Shown one piece after another: positions 50,982-60,946 of a stretch of DNA of 64,000 nt. The DNA lies in assembly GCA_944363785.1 (NCBI GenBank), contig CALVVF010000003.1, positions 7,011 to 71,010 on the forward strand, in the 5' to 3' direction. The stretch comes from an uncultured Bacilli bacterium. Its GTDB lineage: Bacteria > Bacillota_I > Bacilli_A > RF39 > UBA660. Position numbers and translations under genes: made by a program. Positions within the stretch are counted from its first letter, which is position 1. Each line of letters starts with the position of its first letter. The notes under the pieces were generated by a model. The model did not search any database. It saw nothing but the letters and a program-made list of their open reading frames with translations, and had not been told where the DNA came from.

Positions 50982-51100
50982 GTCATCACCTAATTTATAT
51001 TATACAGTATTTTCCGTAAATTTTACTTTAGAAAGATAAAAGCAGTCAAATATTTTCATATGTATTTCTGAATTATCGTCATTTTCATGGTATACTTTAG

Positions 51101-51748
51101 TTGGTGATGATGATGGCTATACTTGAATACGATACTATTAAAAGTCTTTGTAATCCTACTAATCAGCTGGGTAGTGGTAAAGAGGTCGATGTTTACCATT
51201 ATCAGGATAAAGTGATTAAACTATTTCATCAAGAGCGGAAAACTACTCTACCTCGAATTTCTGATCAAGGTTTAATCGCTTTATCGAATGTGACACTAAA
51301 TTGTTTTTTAACCCCTGAGGATGTAATTGTTCAAGATGAAGAGATTGTCGGTTATACAGAAGATTTTATAGAAGAGAAAGATATTCAAATAGAAAATATC
51401 CCTTATGATGAAATAAAAGCGGATATTGAAACATTAAGTGAACAGGGATTTGTCTTAGAAGATATATTTTATAATTACTTGTTTACTGCAGATAAAATGG
51501 TCTTTAATGATCTTACTTGTTGTCGATATATTCATACTGATAATTCTTTTTTAAAGGAAAGAATTTTGAAGAAGAATATGGATACAATAAATATTTTTTT
51601 GATTGGTTTAACTAAGTTTGATGCTTTCCGTAAGGGAGAAAAACACGAATACACGAAAATGTTCTTGGCTAATGATTACCGACTTAATCATTGTCCAGAT
51701 TGTTTCTATGGAGATGTTTTGTCTCAGGAAAAAAGAACCAAATTTTGA
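51101..51748 (+). CDS. atypical protein-kinase-like protein, probably catalytically degenerate (paralog of 58750-59484)
   Basis: The Gly-loop and Lys are LGSGKEVDVY..VIKLF. The catalytic-loop position reads FNDLTCCRY, with the Asn replaced, and there is no DFG. Confidence 0.4.
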   Translation: MVMMMAILEYDTIKSLCNPTNQLGSGKEVDVYHYQDKVIKLFHQERKTTLPRISDQGLIALSNVTLNCFLTPEDVIVQDEEIVGYTEDFIEEKDIQIENIPYDEIKADIETLSEQGFVLEDIFYNYLFTADKMVFNDLTCCRYIHTDNSFLKERILKKNMDTINIFLIGLTKFDAFRKGEKHEYTKMFLANDYRLNHCPDCFYGDVLSQEKRTKF

Positions 51749-51794
51749 AGTTTTTAAAAGGTGCTGTTCATATAGTACCTTTTTTCATTTTTGT

Positions 51795-52526
51795 TTAAAA
51801 TCCCCTAGAGGAACCACCGCCACCAGAGGAACCTCCTCCGCCAAAACTACCGAAGCCGCCTCTTCCAAATGATGAACCTCCACCAAATCGTCCACCACCT
51901 GGACCAATAAAGAAAAATCCTCCTCGACTAGCTAAGAATATAATAAATATGACCATCATAATCTGAAAAAAAAGGGTCATGCCATTTGAAGCATTTTCTT
52001 CTTTTTCAATAGGTTGATCAACTTCATCAATATCCGTAATCTGATAGTAATTGGCTAATTCTTGATAAAATGCTTTATAGCCATTTAACACGCCTTCATC
52101 AAAATTATCTTCTTTGAAATAAGGGATCATGTACTGGTCTTGAAATCGTCCTGTTTTTCCATCAGGTAGGACTCCTTCTAGACCATATCCTACTTCAACT
52201 CTGCTTTCTCTTTCCTCTAATGCCAATAATAAAAGTAGACCATTATTTTCTTCTTTATCTCCAATACCAAACTTTCTAAATAAAGCGGTTGCATAAGACT
52301 CTAAGTCTTCTCCTTCGAGATTTTTTACAGTTACTACGACAATCTGCGCTCCTGTTTGCTTCTCTAAATTTTGAGATTTGGTCACAATATAGTTTTCTGT
52401 TTCCTTTGATAAAACATCAGCATAATCGTTAACATAAAATTCTTCTGTAGGAGAAACTAGAGCCCAAGTATTGATGGGGAAAAGAAGAAAAGAAACTAAC
52501 AAACAAAACAGTAGTTCCTTTTTCAT
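51795..52526 (-). CDS. TPM-domain protein with Gly-rich C-terminal tail
   Basis: It has a signal peptide. The TPM core is EFYVNDYADVLS..LLLLALEERESR, followed by a GGGRFGGGSSFGRGGFGSFGGGG tail. Confidence 0.8.
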   Translation of the reverse strand: MKKELLFCLLVSFLLFPINTWALVSPTEEFYVNDYADVLSKETENYIVTKSQNLEKQTGAQIVVVTVKNLEGEDLESYATALFRKFGIGDKEENNGLLLLLALEERESRVEVGYGLEGVLPDGKTGRFQDQYMIPYFKEDNFDEGVLNGYKAFYQELANYYQITDIDEVDQPIEKEENASNGMTLFFQIMMVIFIIFLASRGGFFFIGPGGGRFGGGSSFGRGGFGSFGGGGSSGGGGSSRGF

Positions 52527-52528
52527 AC

Positions 52529-53101
52529 TTAAAACTCTACTTCTGGAACTTCAGTTGCTGATTCTTTTGCTTCAAAGTATTCTTTTTCTTCAAAACCAAA
52601 TATGCCGGCAAAAATATTAGTTGGGAATTTCTTGATTGCAGTATTATATGATTTTACTTCATCGTTATAATCTTTTCTAGCGGTAGAAATTCTATTTTCT
52701 GTTCCAGCTAATTCATCAGATAATTGAATGAAATTTGTACTAGATTTTAGATCAGGATAATTTTCAACTACTACCATCAAAGCATCTAAAGAAGCGGTTA
52801 ATTGGTCATTTGCTTCCATTTGTTCATCCATAGTTTTAGCCCCTAATAAATTCTCTCTGGCTTCTGTAATGTTATCGATAATTTCTGTTTCATGTTCCAT
52901 ATATCCTTTTACTGTGTTAACAAGATTAGGAATTAAATCTGCTCTTCTTTCTAACATAACCGATACATTTGAGTATGCCGTATCTACACTTTCTTCTTTA
53001 CTTACTAAAGAGTTGTAACTACTGATTAGCATCAAACCAATTACTGCAACCACAGCAACAATGGCTACAATTATCGTCGTTTTCTTTGACATATTATTCA
53101 C
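52529..53101 (-). CDS. lemA: LemA-family protein
   Basis: It has an N-terminal TM plus the LemA core (ERRADLIPNLV), and it is paired with the TPM gene. Confidence 0.85.
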   Translation of the reverse strand: MNNMSKKTTIIVAIVAVVAVIGLMLISSYNSLVSKEESVDTAYSNVSVMLERRADLIPNLVNTVKGYMEHETEIIDNITEARENLLGAKTMDEQMEANDQLTASLDALMVVVENYPDLKSSTNFIQLSDELAGTENRISTARKDYNDEVKSYNTAIKKFPTNIFAGIFGFEEKEYFEAKESATEVPEVEF

Positions 53102-53151
53102 CTTCCTTATATTTATTATATCATCATTTCGAAAAGTTTACTTGTTTTTAT

Positions 53152-54054
53152 TTAGTTATCCTCTTTTAGAATATGATCAGCAACGATTGCTCCTTCGCTA
53201 CAGGCGGTTACAATTTGATATAGTTCTTTATCCAAACAATCGCCACAAGCATAGATGTTAGGGATGACTGTTCGTAGGTTTTGATCTACATCAATGTAGT
53301 GCGTTATAGGATTAACAATTCCTAATGGACGGAAAATTTCTGTCATTGGGACCTGACCGATAAATTCAAAACAGCCGTCGACACTTAATTGTCTACCACT
53401 TTCTAACACTAACTTGTCAAGTTTTCCTTCTTTAGGAATAAATTCTACTACTGTATCAGGGGTAATGACTTCAATATTATCATGCGATTTTAACTCTTCA
53501 ACTAGGGTATTTTCTGCTCTAAAGTTGTCTTTTCTATGAATTAATGTTACCTTATTACACAATTTCGATAGATAAATTGCTTCTTCTACCGCAGCTCTAC
53601 CACCACCGATAACCGCTACATCTTTATTCCGATATAAAGGTCCGTCACAAATGGCACACCAACTTATTCCTTTTCCCGTTAACTTTTCTTCATTTTCAAT
53701 TCCTAGTTTACGAGGAGTACGGCCAGTTGCGATAATTAAATTGTGACAAGTTAGCTTCTCTTGAGAAGTTATTACATTAATTTCAGACTCATGTTTTTCT
53801 ACTGACTGTACTTCATCAAAAAGAAAAGGTACTTCTAAATTGGTTAGTTGTTTATACATCTTCATAGCTAATTCTGGACCTTCAATTTCTATTATGCCAG
53901 GATAGTTTTCGATTTTGGCTGTTTTAATTACTTGCCCACCTGGGGCTTCTTTTTCAATTAATAAAACATTTATTCCTGCTCTTTTTAAATAAAGGGCGGC
54001 AGTCATTCCTGCTACCCCCGCTCCAATGATAATTGTATGATATTCTTTATTCAT
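53152..54054 (-). CDS. trxB: thioredoxin-disulfide reductase
   Basis: The FAD site is GAGVAG, the redox site is CAICDG, and the NADPH site is GGGRAAVEEA. Confidence 0.85.
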   Translation of the reverse strand: MNKEYHTIIIGAGVAGMTAALYLKRAGINVLLIEKEAPGGQVIKTAKIENYPGIIEIEGPELAMKMYKQLTNLEVPFLFDEVQSVEKHESEINVITSQEKLTCHNLIIATGRTPRKLGIENEEKLTGKGISWCAICDGPLYRNKDVAVIGGGRAAVEEAIYLSKLCNKVTLIHRKDNFRAENTLVEELKSHDNIEVITPDTVVEFIPKEGKLDKLVLESGRQLSVDGCFEFIGQVPMTEIFRPLGIVNPITHYIDVDQNLRTVIPNIYACGDCLDKELYQIVTACSEGAIVADHILKEDN

Positions 54055-54072
54055 TGTTATTCTTCCTTTCTA

Positions 54073-54885
54073 TTAAAAGGTTATTTCTTTTTTCTCGGCA
54101 TCCTTATATAAATTATCGAATCGCGATCCTTTTCGACAAAATAGTAATAGCATTACACCAATGACAATTCCGATAATCGATACTACTTGAGCCATTTTTA
54201 GACTTCCAAGCATCAAACTATCCGTTCGCATTCCTTCGATGAAGAATCTACCTAATGAATACCAGATTAGATAGACACCCGTTAATTGTCCAGTCTTTAA
54301 ATAACGATAATGTCTAATCATTAATAAAGCAATAAACCCAGCAAAACACCAAATTGATTCATAGAGAAAAGCCGGTTGACGGTAAGCTCCGCCGATATAC
54401 ATGCCATTAATGATAAAATCAGGAATACCTAATTTTTGTAGATTTTCTAAAGTCGTAATTGCACCATAGGCTTCTTGATTAAAGAAGTTTCCCCAACGTC
54501 CAATTGCTTGTCCAATAATTAAACCTACAACGACGATATCTAATAATTTCAGTAATTTGGCATTATATTTTTTACAATAGAAGAAGATACAGATTAAACC
54601 TGCTATAATTCCTCCATGAATGGCTAAACCACCATTCCATATTTCCAATATCTCTAATGGATATTTTAAATAATAGTCTAGATTAAAGCAAACATAGTAC
54701 AATCGTGCTCCAATCAAGCCAAAAATCACTGTATAAAAGATGAGATTCACTATAAAATCTTCATTGATATTCTGTTTTTTACACTCTTTTAGAATAACAA
54801 AGGTAGCTGCCAATATTCCAAAAAAGATAAACAATGAATACCAATATATTTGAATAAATCCTAAATCCAACGCAATTCTATCCAT
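54073..54885 (-). CDS. lgt: prolipoprotein diacylglyceryl transferase
   Basis: The Lgt signature GRWGNFFNQEAYG is present. Confidence 0.9.
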   Translation of the reverse strand: MDRIALDLGFIQIYWYSLFIFFGILAATFVILKECKKQNINEDFIVNLIFYTVIFGLIGARLYYVCFNLDYYLKYPLEILEIWNGGLAIHGGIIAGLICIFFYCKKYNAKLLKLLDIVVVGLIIGQAIGRWGNFFNQEAYGAITTLENLQKLGIPDFIINGMYIGGAYRQPAFLYESIWCFAGFIALLMIRHYRYLKTGQLTGVYLIWYSLGRFFIEGMRTDSLMLGSLKMAQVVSIIGIVIGVMLLLFCRKGSRFDNLYKDAEKKEITF

Positions 54886-55297
54886 TTTTCCTTATTCTCC
54901 TCATAATTGGTTTAGTAATAATATTTTCTACTAGTTGATTCATTACTGATATTAAAATAGCTAATAGAAAAGCAATAAATATGTTTTTTATTTGAAAATG
55001 TTCACGTAGTATCCAATCGGTTAGCTTTAAGATAAATAAGTTAATACAAGGATAAAAAATACCCACTGTTATTCCCGTTATTGGGATAGTTAGGAAAAAG
55101 AGAATTGGCTTGATTGTCTTGTTTAAAAAGAAGATAATTAATGTTGCTGTAAAGCCATACAAATACAAATGATTATCATCGATGTAGAACGTATCAAAAA
55201 AGGTAGCTACAAATACTAGTATCAGTGCATAACCTACTATTTGGAGTACCCATTCTATTAAATTCTCTAAATTCTTTCTTGCCGTTCTTTTACCCAT
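54878..55297 (-). CDS. YvlD/DUF360 (phage-holin-4_2-like) family membrane protein
   Basis: It is 139 aa with 3-4 TM helices, in the position between uvrA and lgt. Confidence 0.5.
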   Translation of the reverse strand: MGKRTARKNLENLIEWVLQIVGYALILVFVATFFDTFYIDDNHLYLYGFTATLIIFFLNKTIKPILFFLTIPITGITVGIFYPCINLFILKLTDWILREHFQIKNIFIAFLLAILISVMNQLVENIITKPIMRRIRKNG

Positions 55298-55305
55298 TTT
55301 TTCAC

Positions 55306-58119
55306 CTAGTTATCTAATATTTTCTTTAAGAATTCTCCTGTTGCCGATGCTTCTACTTGAGCAATTTCTTCTGGAGTTCCGCATGCGATTACTTCCCCAC
55401 CATTATCTCCACCATTTGGTCCTAAGTCGATAATGTAGTCTGCGCATTTGATTACATCTAGATTATGTTCAATGATTACTACGGTATCTTTATTATCTAC
55501 TATTTTATTAAATATTGCAAGTAGTCTTTTAATATCAGCAGAGTGAAGACCTGTAGTTGGCTCATCTAGGATGTAAAGAGCTCTACCTGTTGGTTTCTTT
55601 TGAAGTTCTTTGGCTAATTTTACTCTACCTGCCTCACCACCTGATAAAGTAGTAGCACTCTGTCCTAATTTAATATATCCAATTCCAACGTCTTCTAGAA
55701 CTTGTAATTTGTTTTTTATTTTAGGAACATTTTCAAAAAACTTTAATGCTTCTGAAACTCTCATATCCAAAACTTCCGCAATATTTTTATTTTTATACTT
55801 TATTCGCAATGTTTCGCTATTGTATCTTGTACCATGACATACTTCACAAGGAATATAAACATCTGGTAAAAAATGCATTTCAATTTTTTTGACACCATCA
55901 CCACGACATGCTTCACATCGTCCTCCTTTAACGTTGAAAGAAAAACGATTTTTTTCAAAGCCTGCCATTTTGGCTTCTTTGGTATTGGTAAACAAATCAC
56001 GGATTTCATCGAATACCCCAGTATAAGTAGCTGGATTACTACGTGGTGTTCTACCGATTGGGTTTTGGGAAATTTCAATTACTTTATCGATATTTTCTAA
56101 TCCTAATATTTTCTTATGCTTACCTGGCTTATCTTTACTTTTATACACTTTTGCATAGGCGGCTCGACATAGAATTTGATTAATTAACGTACTTTTTCCA
56201 CTACCTGATACACCAGTTACACAAGTTAGAGTACCTAATGGGATTTTGACATCGATATTTTTTAAATTGTTTTCACAAGCACCTTTTATTTCAATATACT
56301 TTTTGTTTCCTTTACGTCTAGTAGTTGGAGTTTCAATTTTCTCTTTTCCAGAAAGATATCTTCCCGTTATACTATTTTCATTTTGCATTACTTCTTCTGG
56401 AGTACCAGCTGCTACAATATAGCCCCCTTCTGATCCTGCTTTTGGACCTACATCGACAAGATAGTCACTCGCTAACATTGTATCGGTATCATGTTCAACG
56501 ACAATAAGGGTGTTGCCTAAGTCTCTCATTTCTAGTAATGACTTAATGAGCTTTTCATTATCTCGTTGGTGAAGACCAATGCTTGGTTCATCTAAAACAT
56601 AAAGGACACCAGTTAATTTGGATCCTATCTGCGTAGCTAGACGGATACGTTGGGCTTCTCCTCCTGATAATGTTCCCGCTGAACGACTTAGTGTTAAATA
56701 TTCTAATCCTACATTTTTTAAGAAAGATAATCGAGAAGAAATTTCTTTAATCAATAAGTTGGAAATTTCTTGTTGTGAAGGAGTAAGTTTTAAAGAAGCA
56801 AAAAACTCGATTAGCTGTTTAATGCTCATACAGGTTACTTCATAGATATTTTTTCCACCGATTAGAACAGATAAAACACTATCCTGTAGTCTACTACCGT
56901 GGCAAGTTTCACATTCGGTTTCAATCATATAATTTTCTAACCATTCTCTAACCCATTCACTACTCGTTTCCATGTATCTTCTTTCTAAGTTATTGATAAT
57001 TCCCTCATAATAATCTTTTTGATTATATAGGTTTCCACTTTTCGAACGATAGTTAAAGTGAATTAGTTCATCACTACCGTAAAAGATATAATTTTTTTCT
57101 TTGTTCGTTAACTTAGAAAATTCTTTATCCATATCGATTTTATAATGTTTACATAAGCACTCTAGACGTTTAAAATCCAAGGCTTCTGGATCATCGGTTA
57201 AAGTTTTAATCGCTCCATTATTTAAACATTTTGTCCCATCAGGAACAATTAATTCTGGATCCATTTTTAATTTAATTCCTAATCCTTTACAATCCGGACA
57301 GGCACCAAATGGGGCATTAAAACTAAACATCCTAGGTTCCAATTCAGGAAGAGAAAAATCACAATATGGGCAGGCAAAGCTCTCAGAAAATATGACTTCT
57401 TTATCCCCCATAAAATCAATTACTACCTTTCCATGAGAGAGCTTGGCTGCAATTTCTAATGACTCCATTAAACGGCTTCTACTATCTTCTTTTAACACAA
57501 TTCGGTCGACAATTACATCGATATCTGCTTTCTTATTTTTTTCAAGATTAATTTCTTCTCCTAAATCATAGGTTTCCCCATTTATTCGTACACGAACGTA
57601 TCCATCTTTTCTAAGTTCATCTAAAAGTTCTTTATGCGTTCCTTTTTCTCCATGTACAACTGGAGCCATAACGATCAATCTTGTTCCTAAAGGTCTTTCC
57701 ATGATTTTATTAACCATTTCTTCGATACTTTGAGAAGAAATAGGAACATGGTGATTAGGACAATATGGAGTTCCAATTCTAGCAAATAGAAGACGTAAGT
57801 AATCGTAGATTTCCGTTACTGTTCCTACTGTTGAACGTGGGTTTTTACTCGTTGTTTTTTGATCAATACTAATCGATGGGGATAATCCTTCGATCGAATC
57901 AACATCAGGTTTCTCTGTTCCTCCTAAAAATTGTCTAGCATAGGCAGATAAACTCTCAACATATCTTCTTTGTCCTTCTGCATAGATCGTATCAAAAGCA
58001 AGGGAGCTTTTCCCACTACCCGATACACCAGTCATCACAACTAATTTATTTTTAGGTAAGGTTAAATCTATATTTTTCAAATTATTTTCTCGTGCACCTT
58101 TAATTACTATTTGATCCAT
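55306..58119 (-). CDS. uvrA: excinuclease ABC subunit A
   Basis: The protein is 937 aa with two ABC modules (GVSGSGKSSL, twice) and zinc fingers. Confidence 0.97.
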   Translation of the reverse strand: MDQIVIKGARENNLKNIDLTLPKNKLVVMTGVSGSGKSSLAFDTIYAEGQRRYVESLSAYARQFLGGTEKPDVDSIEGLSPSISIDQKTTSKNPRSTVGTVTEIYDYLRLLFARIGTPYCPNHHVPISSQSIEEMVNKIMERPLGTRLIVMAPVVHGEKGTHKELLDELRKDGYVRVRINGETYDLGEEINLEKNKKADIDVIVDRIVLKEDSRSRLMESLEIAAKLSHGKVVIDFMGDKEVIFSESFACPYCDFSLPELEPRMFSFNAPFGACPDCKGLGIKLKMDPELIVPDGTKCLNNGAIKTLTDDPEALDFKRLECLCKHYKIDMDKEFSKLTNKEKNYIFYGSDELIHFNYRSKSGNLYNQKDYYEGIINNLERRYMETSSEWVREWLENYMIETECETCHGSRLQDSVLSVLIGGKNIYEVTCMSIKQLIEFFASLKLTPSQQEISNLLIKEISSRLSFLKNVGLEYLTLSRSAGTLSGGEAQRIRLATQIGSKLTGVLYVLDEPSIGLHQRDNEKLIKSLLEMRDLGNTLIVVEHDTDTMLASDYLVDVGPKAGSEGGYIVAAGTPEEVMQNENSITGRYLSGKEKIETPTTRRKGNKKYIEIKGACENNLKNIDVKIPLGTLTCVTGVSGSGKSTLINQILCRAAYAKVYKSKDKPGKHKKILGLENIDKVIEISQNPIGRTPRSNPATYTGVFDEIRDLFTNTKEAKMAGFEKNRFSFNVKGGRCEACRGDGVKKIEMHFLPDVYIPCEVCHGTRYNSETLRIKYKNKNIAEVLDMRVSEALKFFENVPKIKNKLQVLEDVGIGYIKLGQSATTLSGGEAGRVKLAKELQKKPTGRALYILDEPTTGLHSADIKRLLAIFNKIVDNKDTVVIIEHNLDVIKCADYIIDLGPNGGDNGGEVIACGTPEEIAQVEASATGEFLKKILDN

Positions 58120-58191
58120 AAACTACTCTCCTTTTTTCGTTTTCCTATTATAACATAAAAAAACTTTATTTCTTCTTTTTTCTTTAGACTT

Positions 58192-58220
58192 ATTATAATA
58201 TTAAAACAAATGTTCGTCAA
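58192..58220 (-). promoter_or_regulatory. uvrA promoter TTGACG-N17-TATAAT with LexA(Cheo)-box-like GAACATTTGTTT in the spacer
   Basis: It was read on the minus strand. The Cheo consensus is GAAC-N4-GTTC; here the second half-site is GTTT. Confidence 0.55.
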
Positions 58221-58236
58221 TAATGTTCTTTCAAAA

Positions 58237-58262
58237 TAGAAAAAAAACACATTTCTGTGTTT
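58237..58262 (-). terminator. terminator after the 106-aa gene, upstream of the uvrA promoter
   Basis: AAACACA-GAAA-TGTGTTT is followed by TTTTTT. Confidence 0.65.
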
Positions 58263-58581
58263 ATGCTACTCTCTTTAATACTTTAACATTTTCGGTATCA
58301 ATAACATTAGCTTCTTCGATACCTGTTCTAGCAATGATCTCACTGATCTTATTGCTTGTAATATGCCAACTTATCTCCTTTGGATCCATATAGCTAGCAA
58401 TTGGTACAATTTTTTTACAGTAGTGATATTCATATGGTTTAATCGGTTTTTGATTTACTCCATCTTTATGTAGTACTACTACTTTAGGAGGCGTTTGATT
58501 TTCATTGATCCCAGCATTTGGATTTAGTGTTTCTGCAAAACCTAAAAATATTTTCGCAGTGTCGTATCTTAAATTCTTCAT
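58261..58581 (-). CDS. hypothetical protein (106 aa)
   Basis: It is an ORF with no recognisable motif and has its own terminator. Confidence 0.35.
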   Translation of the reverse strand: MKNLRYDTAKIFLGFAETLNPNAGINENQTPPKVVVLHKDGVNQKPIKPYEYHYCKKIVPIASYMDPKEISWHITSNKISEIIARTGIEEANVIDTENVKVLKRVA

Positions 58582-58749
58582 TCGTTTCTCCCCTTTCTAC
58601 ATAGCCTATTTCTGCATAGGAGAGATATTATAGCGCATTATTGGATTTTTGTCAATCTTTTTCTAGGTGTTCCTTTAGGAGTTTACGGTATATCAAAATC
58701 ACACTTTTTCTTTCTTAGAAGTAATTAATAAAGATTACTAGTCAAGTCA

Positions 58750-59484
58750 TTATAATCTCTTATTGATTATTTTTTGACTGTAATCATCTAAATTTTCTTC
58801 CATACTAAGGTTTTTTTCTAAATAAAGGAATAAATTATGTTGAGTATTTAATAAGTCATATCTCATTTTTCGAAAAATTCCCGTTATTTCTTTTTCACTT
58901 AAATTATGTTGGACTCCATAATACTTTATTCTAGGAAATAGTATATGATATAAGAAAAATTCACAAAATTTCCTGTTGTTAGCTGTCTCTGTATTTATAT
59001 TGGCGTGATAATAGTCTCCAAAATCTATTAAACACATTTCTTCTTCATTACTAATATAATTGGATTCTCGTAAATCATCGATTGCGATTTTTTCTTTTCC
59101 TAAAACAGAAAAATCAGCTTGTAAATATGAACACTCTGTTAATAATTTCTCTTTTGAATACGTATATACTGAACCCTGAACTTTTTCTTTAAATTCTGTA
59201 AGATAGCCTATATTTTTGTGATCTGTATATTCATATAATAGTTCAGTCGGTGTTATAATTCGATTTAATTTTATTGTTTGTAGTTGCTTTAGTATCTCTT
59301 CTTCTGCTACTTTCTTTCGTGGAACTTTGTAATATATTTTTAATGCTTGATCAAGAAAACGATATACTCTACCTTCTTCTCCTTGATCAACAAAGGGTAG
59401 CAGACTTCCATGATAAAAAACATTATCTTCTTCTTCGATAAATATTTTCCCAGTTTCTGATATAATTTTTCGCAAACATACCAC
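58750..59484 (-). CDS. atypical protein-kinase-like protein with intact catalytic motifs
   Basis: The Gly-loop and Lys are GEEGRVYRF..ALKIY. The catalytic loop is IDDLRESNYI (compare HRDLKPEN), followed by CLIDFGD as the DFG. The track start is a GTG, so the true start is uncertain. Confidence 0.5.
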   Translation of the reverse strand: MVCLRKIISETGKIFIEEEDNVFYHGSLLPFVDQGEEGRVYRFLDQALKIYYKVPRKKVAEEEILKQLQTIKLNRIITPTELLYEYTDHKNIGYLTEFKEKVQGSVYTYSKEKLLTECSYLQADFSVLGKEKIAIDDLRESNYISNEEEMCLIDFGDYYHANINTETANNRKFCEFFLYHILFPRIKYYGVQHNLSEKEITGIFRKMRYDLLNTQHNLFLYLEKNLSMEENLDDYSQKIINKRL

Positions 59485-59661
59485 CTCAAATATCGCTTAT
59501 TCTACCATACTTTTATTCTTTTTTCACTTTAATCTTTATTTTTTTGTTCGTATAGATGCTTAATCTTTAAAATATACGGTAAATAGTATTGCCTTAAAAA
59601 GTAGTAAAAGCGATGGCGAAGAAAAACTTGACCAAATAGGAGTAGTATTTCTATCATAGAA

Positions 59662-59700
59662 AAACTAAAGACGATATGTTCTTGTCTTTAGTTTTTATTT
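59662..59700. terminator. palindromic terminator downstream of the radical SAM gene
   Basis: AAACTAAAGAC-N11-GTCTTTAGTTTTT. Confidence 0.55.
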
Positions 59701-59737
59701 ATTTTCCATTATATAAAATTCAGTTACTATATTTTAT

Positions 59738-60580
59738 TTAGCGATTAAATTGCTCTTTGAAATTACAATGCTTACAAAGATCTTCTCCTACTTTTCGATT
59801 TTCAAAACCTTTACGCATTGTTTCTATTTTGGGATTTTCTAAAATACGTTCAATATTCATGGTTAAAATATTACCAAGATTAATGTTTCCTTCACCATCT
59901 AGACAACAGGGAACTACTGTTCCATCTGATAATACACCAATATGGTCTTTCAATGCATGACAGTATCCTTTACTTTCATAATAACTATTGTCTACATCTG
60001 GCCAGATAAATTGATTGGCTTTATTAATATAAATATTACTATCTATTTGAATATTAGTATCCGTATATATTCTTTCCACAGTTCCTATAGATAGATGATA
60101 ATATTCCATAATTTTATTCACAGTTCTTGTGGATTTTGCATCAAAACTGAAGTCTTTTAATGTCCATAGTCGATAAACAACAGGCATATGAGGAGATAAT
60201 AGTTCTACAGCTTCAAATATATCCTTTAAATATTCTTCTTTATGATTTTCAGAGTGAAGAGATATATTAAGCTGACGAACTATACCACTTTCTAATAAGA
60301 TTTTAGCTTTTTCCTTTAATAAGACTCCATTCGTTGTGATATTAACCTGTTTATGATATTTTTTACAGATTGCTAAAATTTTGTCTAATTTAGGATGTAG
60401 GAGCGGTTCTCCTTTAATATGCAAATATACATAATCTGTATAGGAATCTAATTTTTTGATAATTTTTTCAAATTCCCCAACACTTAAGCTTCTCTTTGGG
60501 CGATTACTGATAGAACAAAAACTACAAGATAGATTACAAATATTGGAAATTTCAATATATACCCTTTTGAATTTTTTCAT
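59738..60580 (-). CDS. radical SAM enzyme with C-terminal SPASM/twitch-like Cys cluster
   Basis: The N-terminal CNLSCSFC is a CxxxCxxC motif. The C-terminus has GVLSDGTVVPCCLDGEGNINLGNIL..CKHC. Confidence 0.7.
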   Translation of the reverse strand: MKKFKRVYIEISNICNLSCSFCSISNRPKRSLSVGEFEKIIKKLDSYTDYVYLHIKGEPLLHPKLDKILAICKKYHKQVNITTNGVLLKEKAKILLESGIVRQLNISLHSENHKEEYLKDIFEAVELLSPHMPVVYRLWTLKDFSFDAKSTRTVNKIMEYYHLSIGTVERIYTDTNIQIDSNIYINKANQFIWPDVDNSYYESKGYCHALKDHIGVLSDGTVVPCCLDGEGNINLGNILTMNIERILENPKIETMRKGFENRKVGEDLCKHCNFKEQFNR

Positions 60581-60726
60581 ATTAGTACTTACTTCTTTCT
60601 ACCCCTTAAAAAGGTGTCTATTAGACATTATAGCGAAATTTTTTATTCCTGAAAAGTTTTTTCGTATTTATTCGATATATTTTTGACAGATGAAGCTAAT
60701 TTTTTCTTTCTTCTTTATCAATTTGA

Positions 60727-60760
60727 TAAAAAAAGTAGACTCTTTTGATTGAATCTACTT
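60727..60760 (-). terminator. rho-independent terminator of uvrB
   Basis: On the minus strand it reads AAGTAGATTC-loop-GAGTCTACTT followed by TTTTTTT. Confidence 0.6.
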
Positions 60761-60946
60761 GATATGTTATGCTTTTTACTTATGTAGAATATTTATTTTT
60801 AGTAATCATTACTTCTAATCTTTCCATGATTAAATGGAGGATTTTCTAACTGAGATTTTTCTATTAAAATATTGATGTAATTTTCAACTTTTTTATCTGC
60901 CACATATAGAACGGAAAAAGCTTTCAAGATATTATTCTCTTATTTT

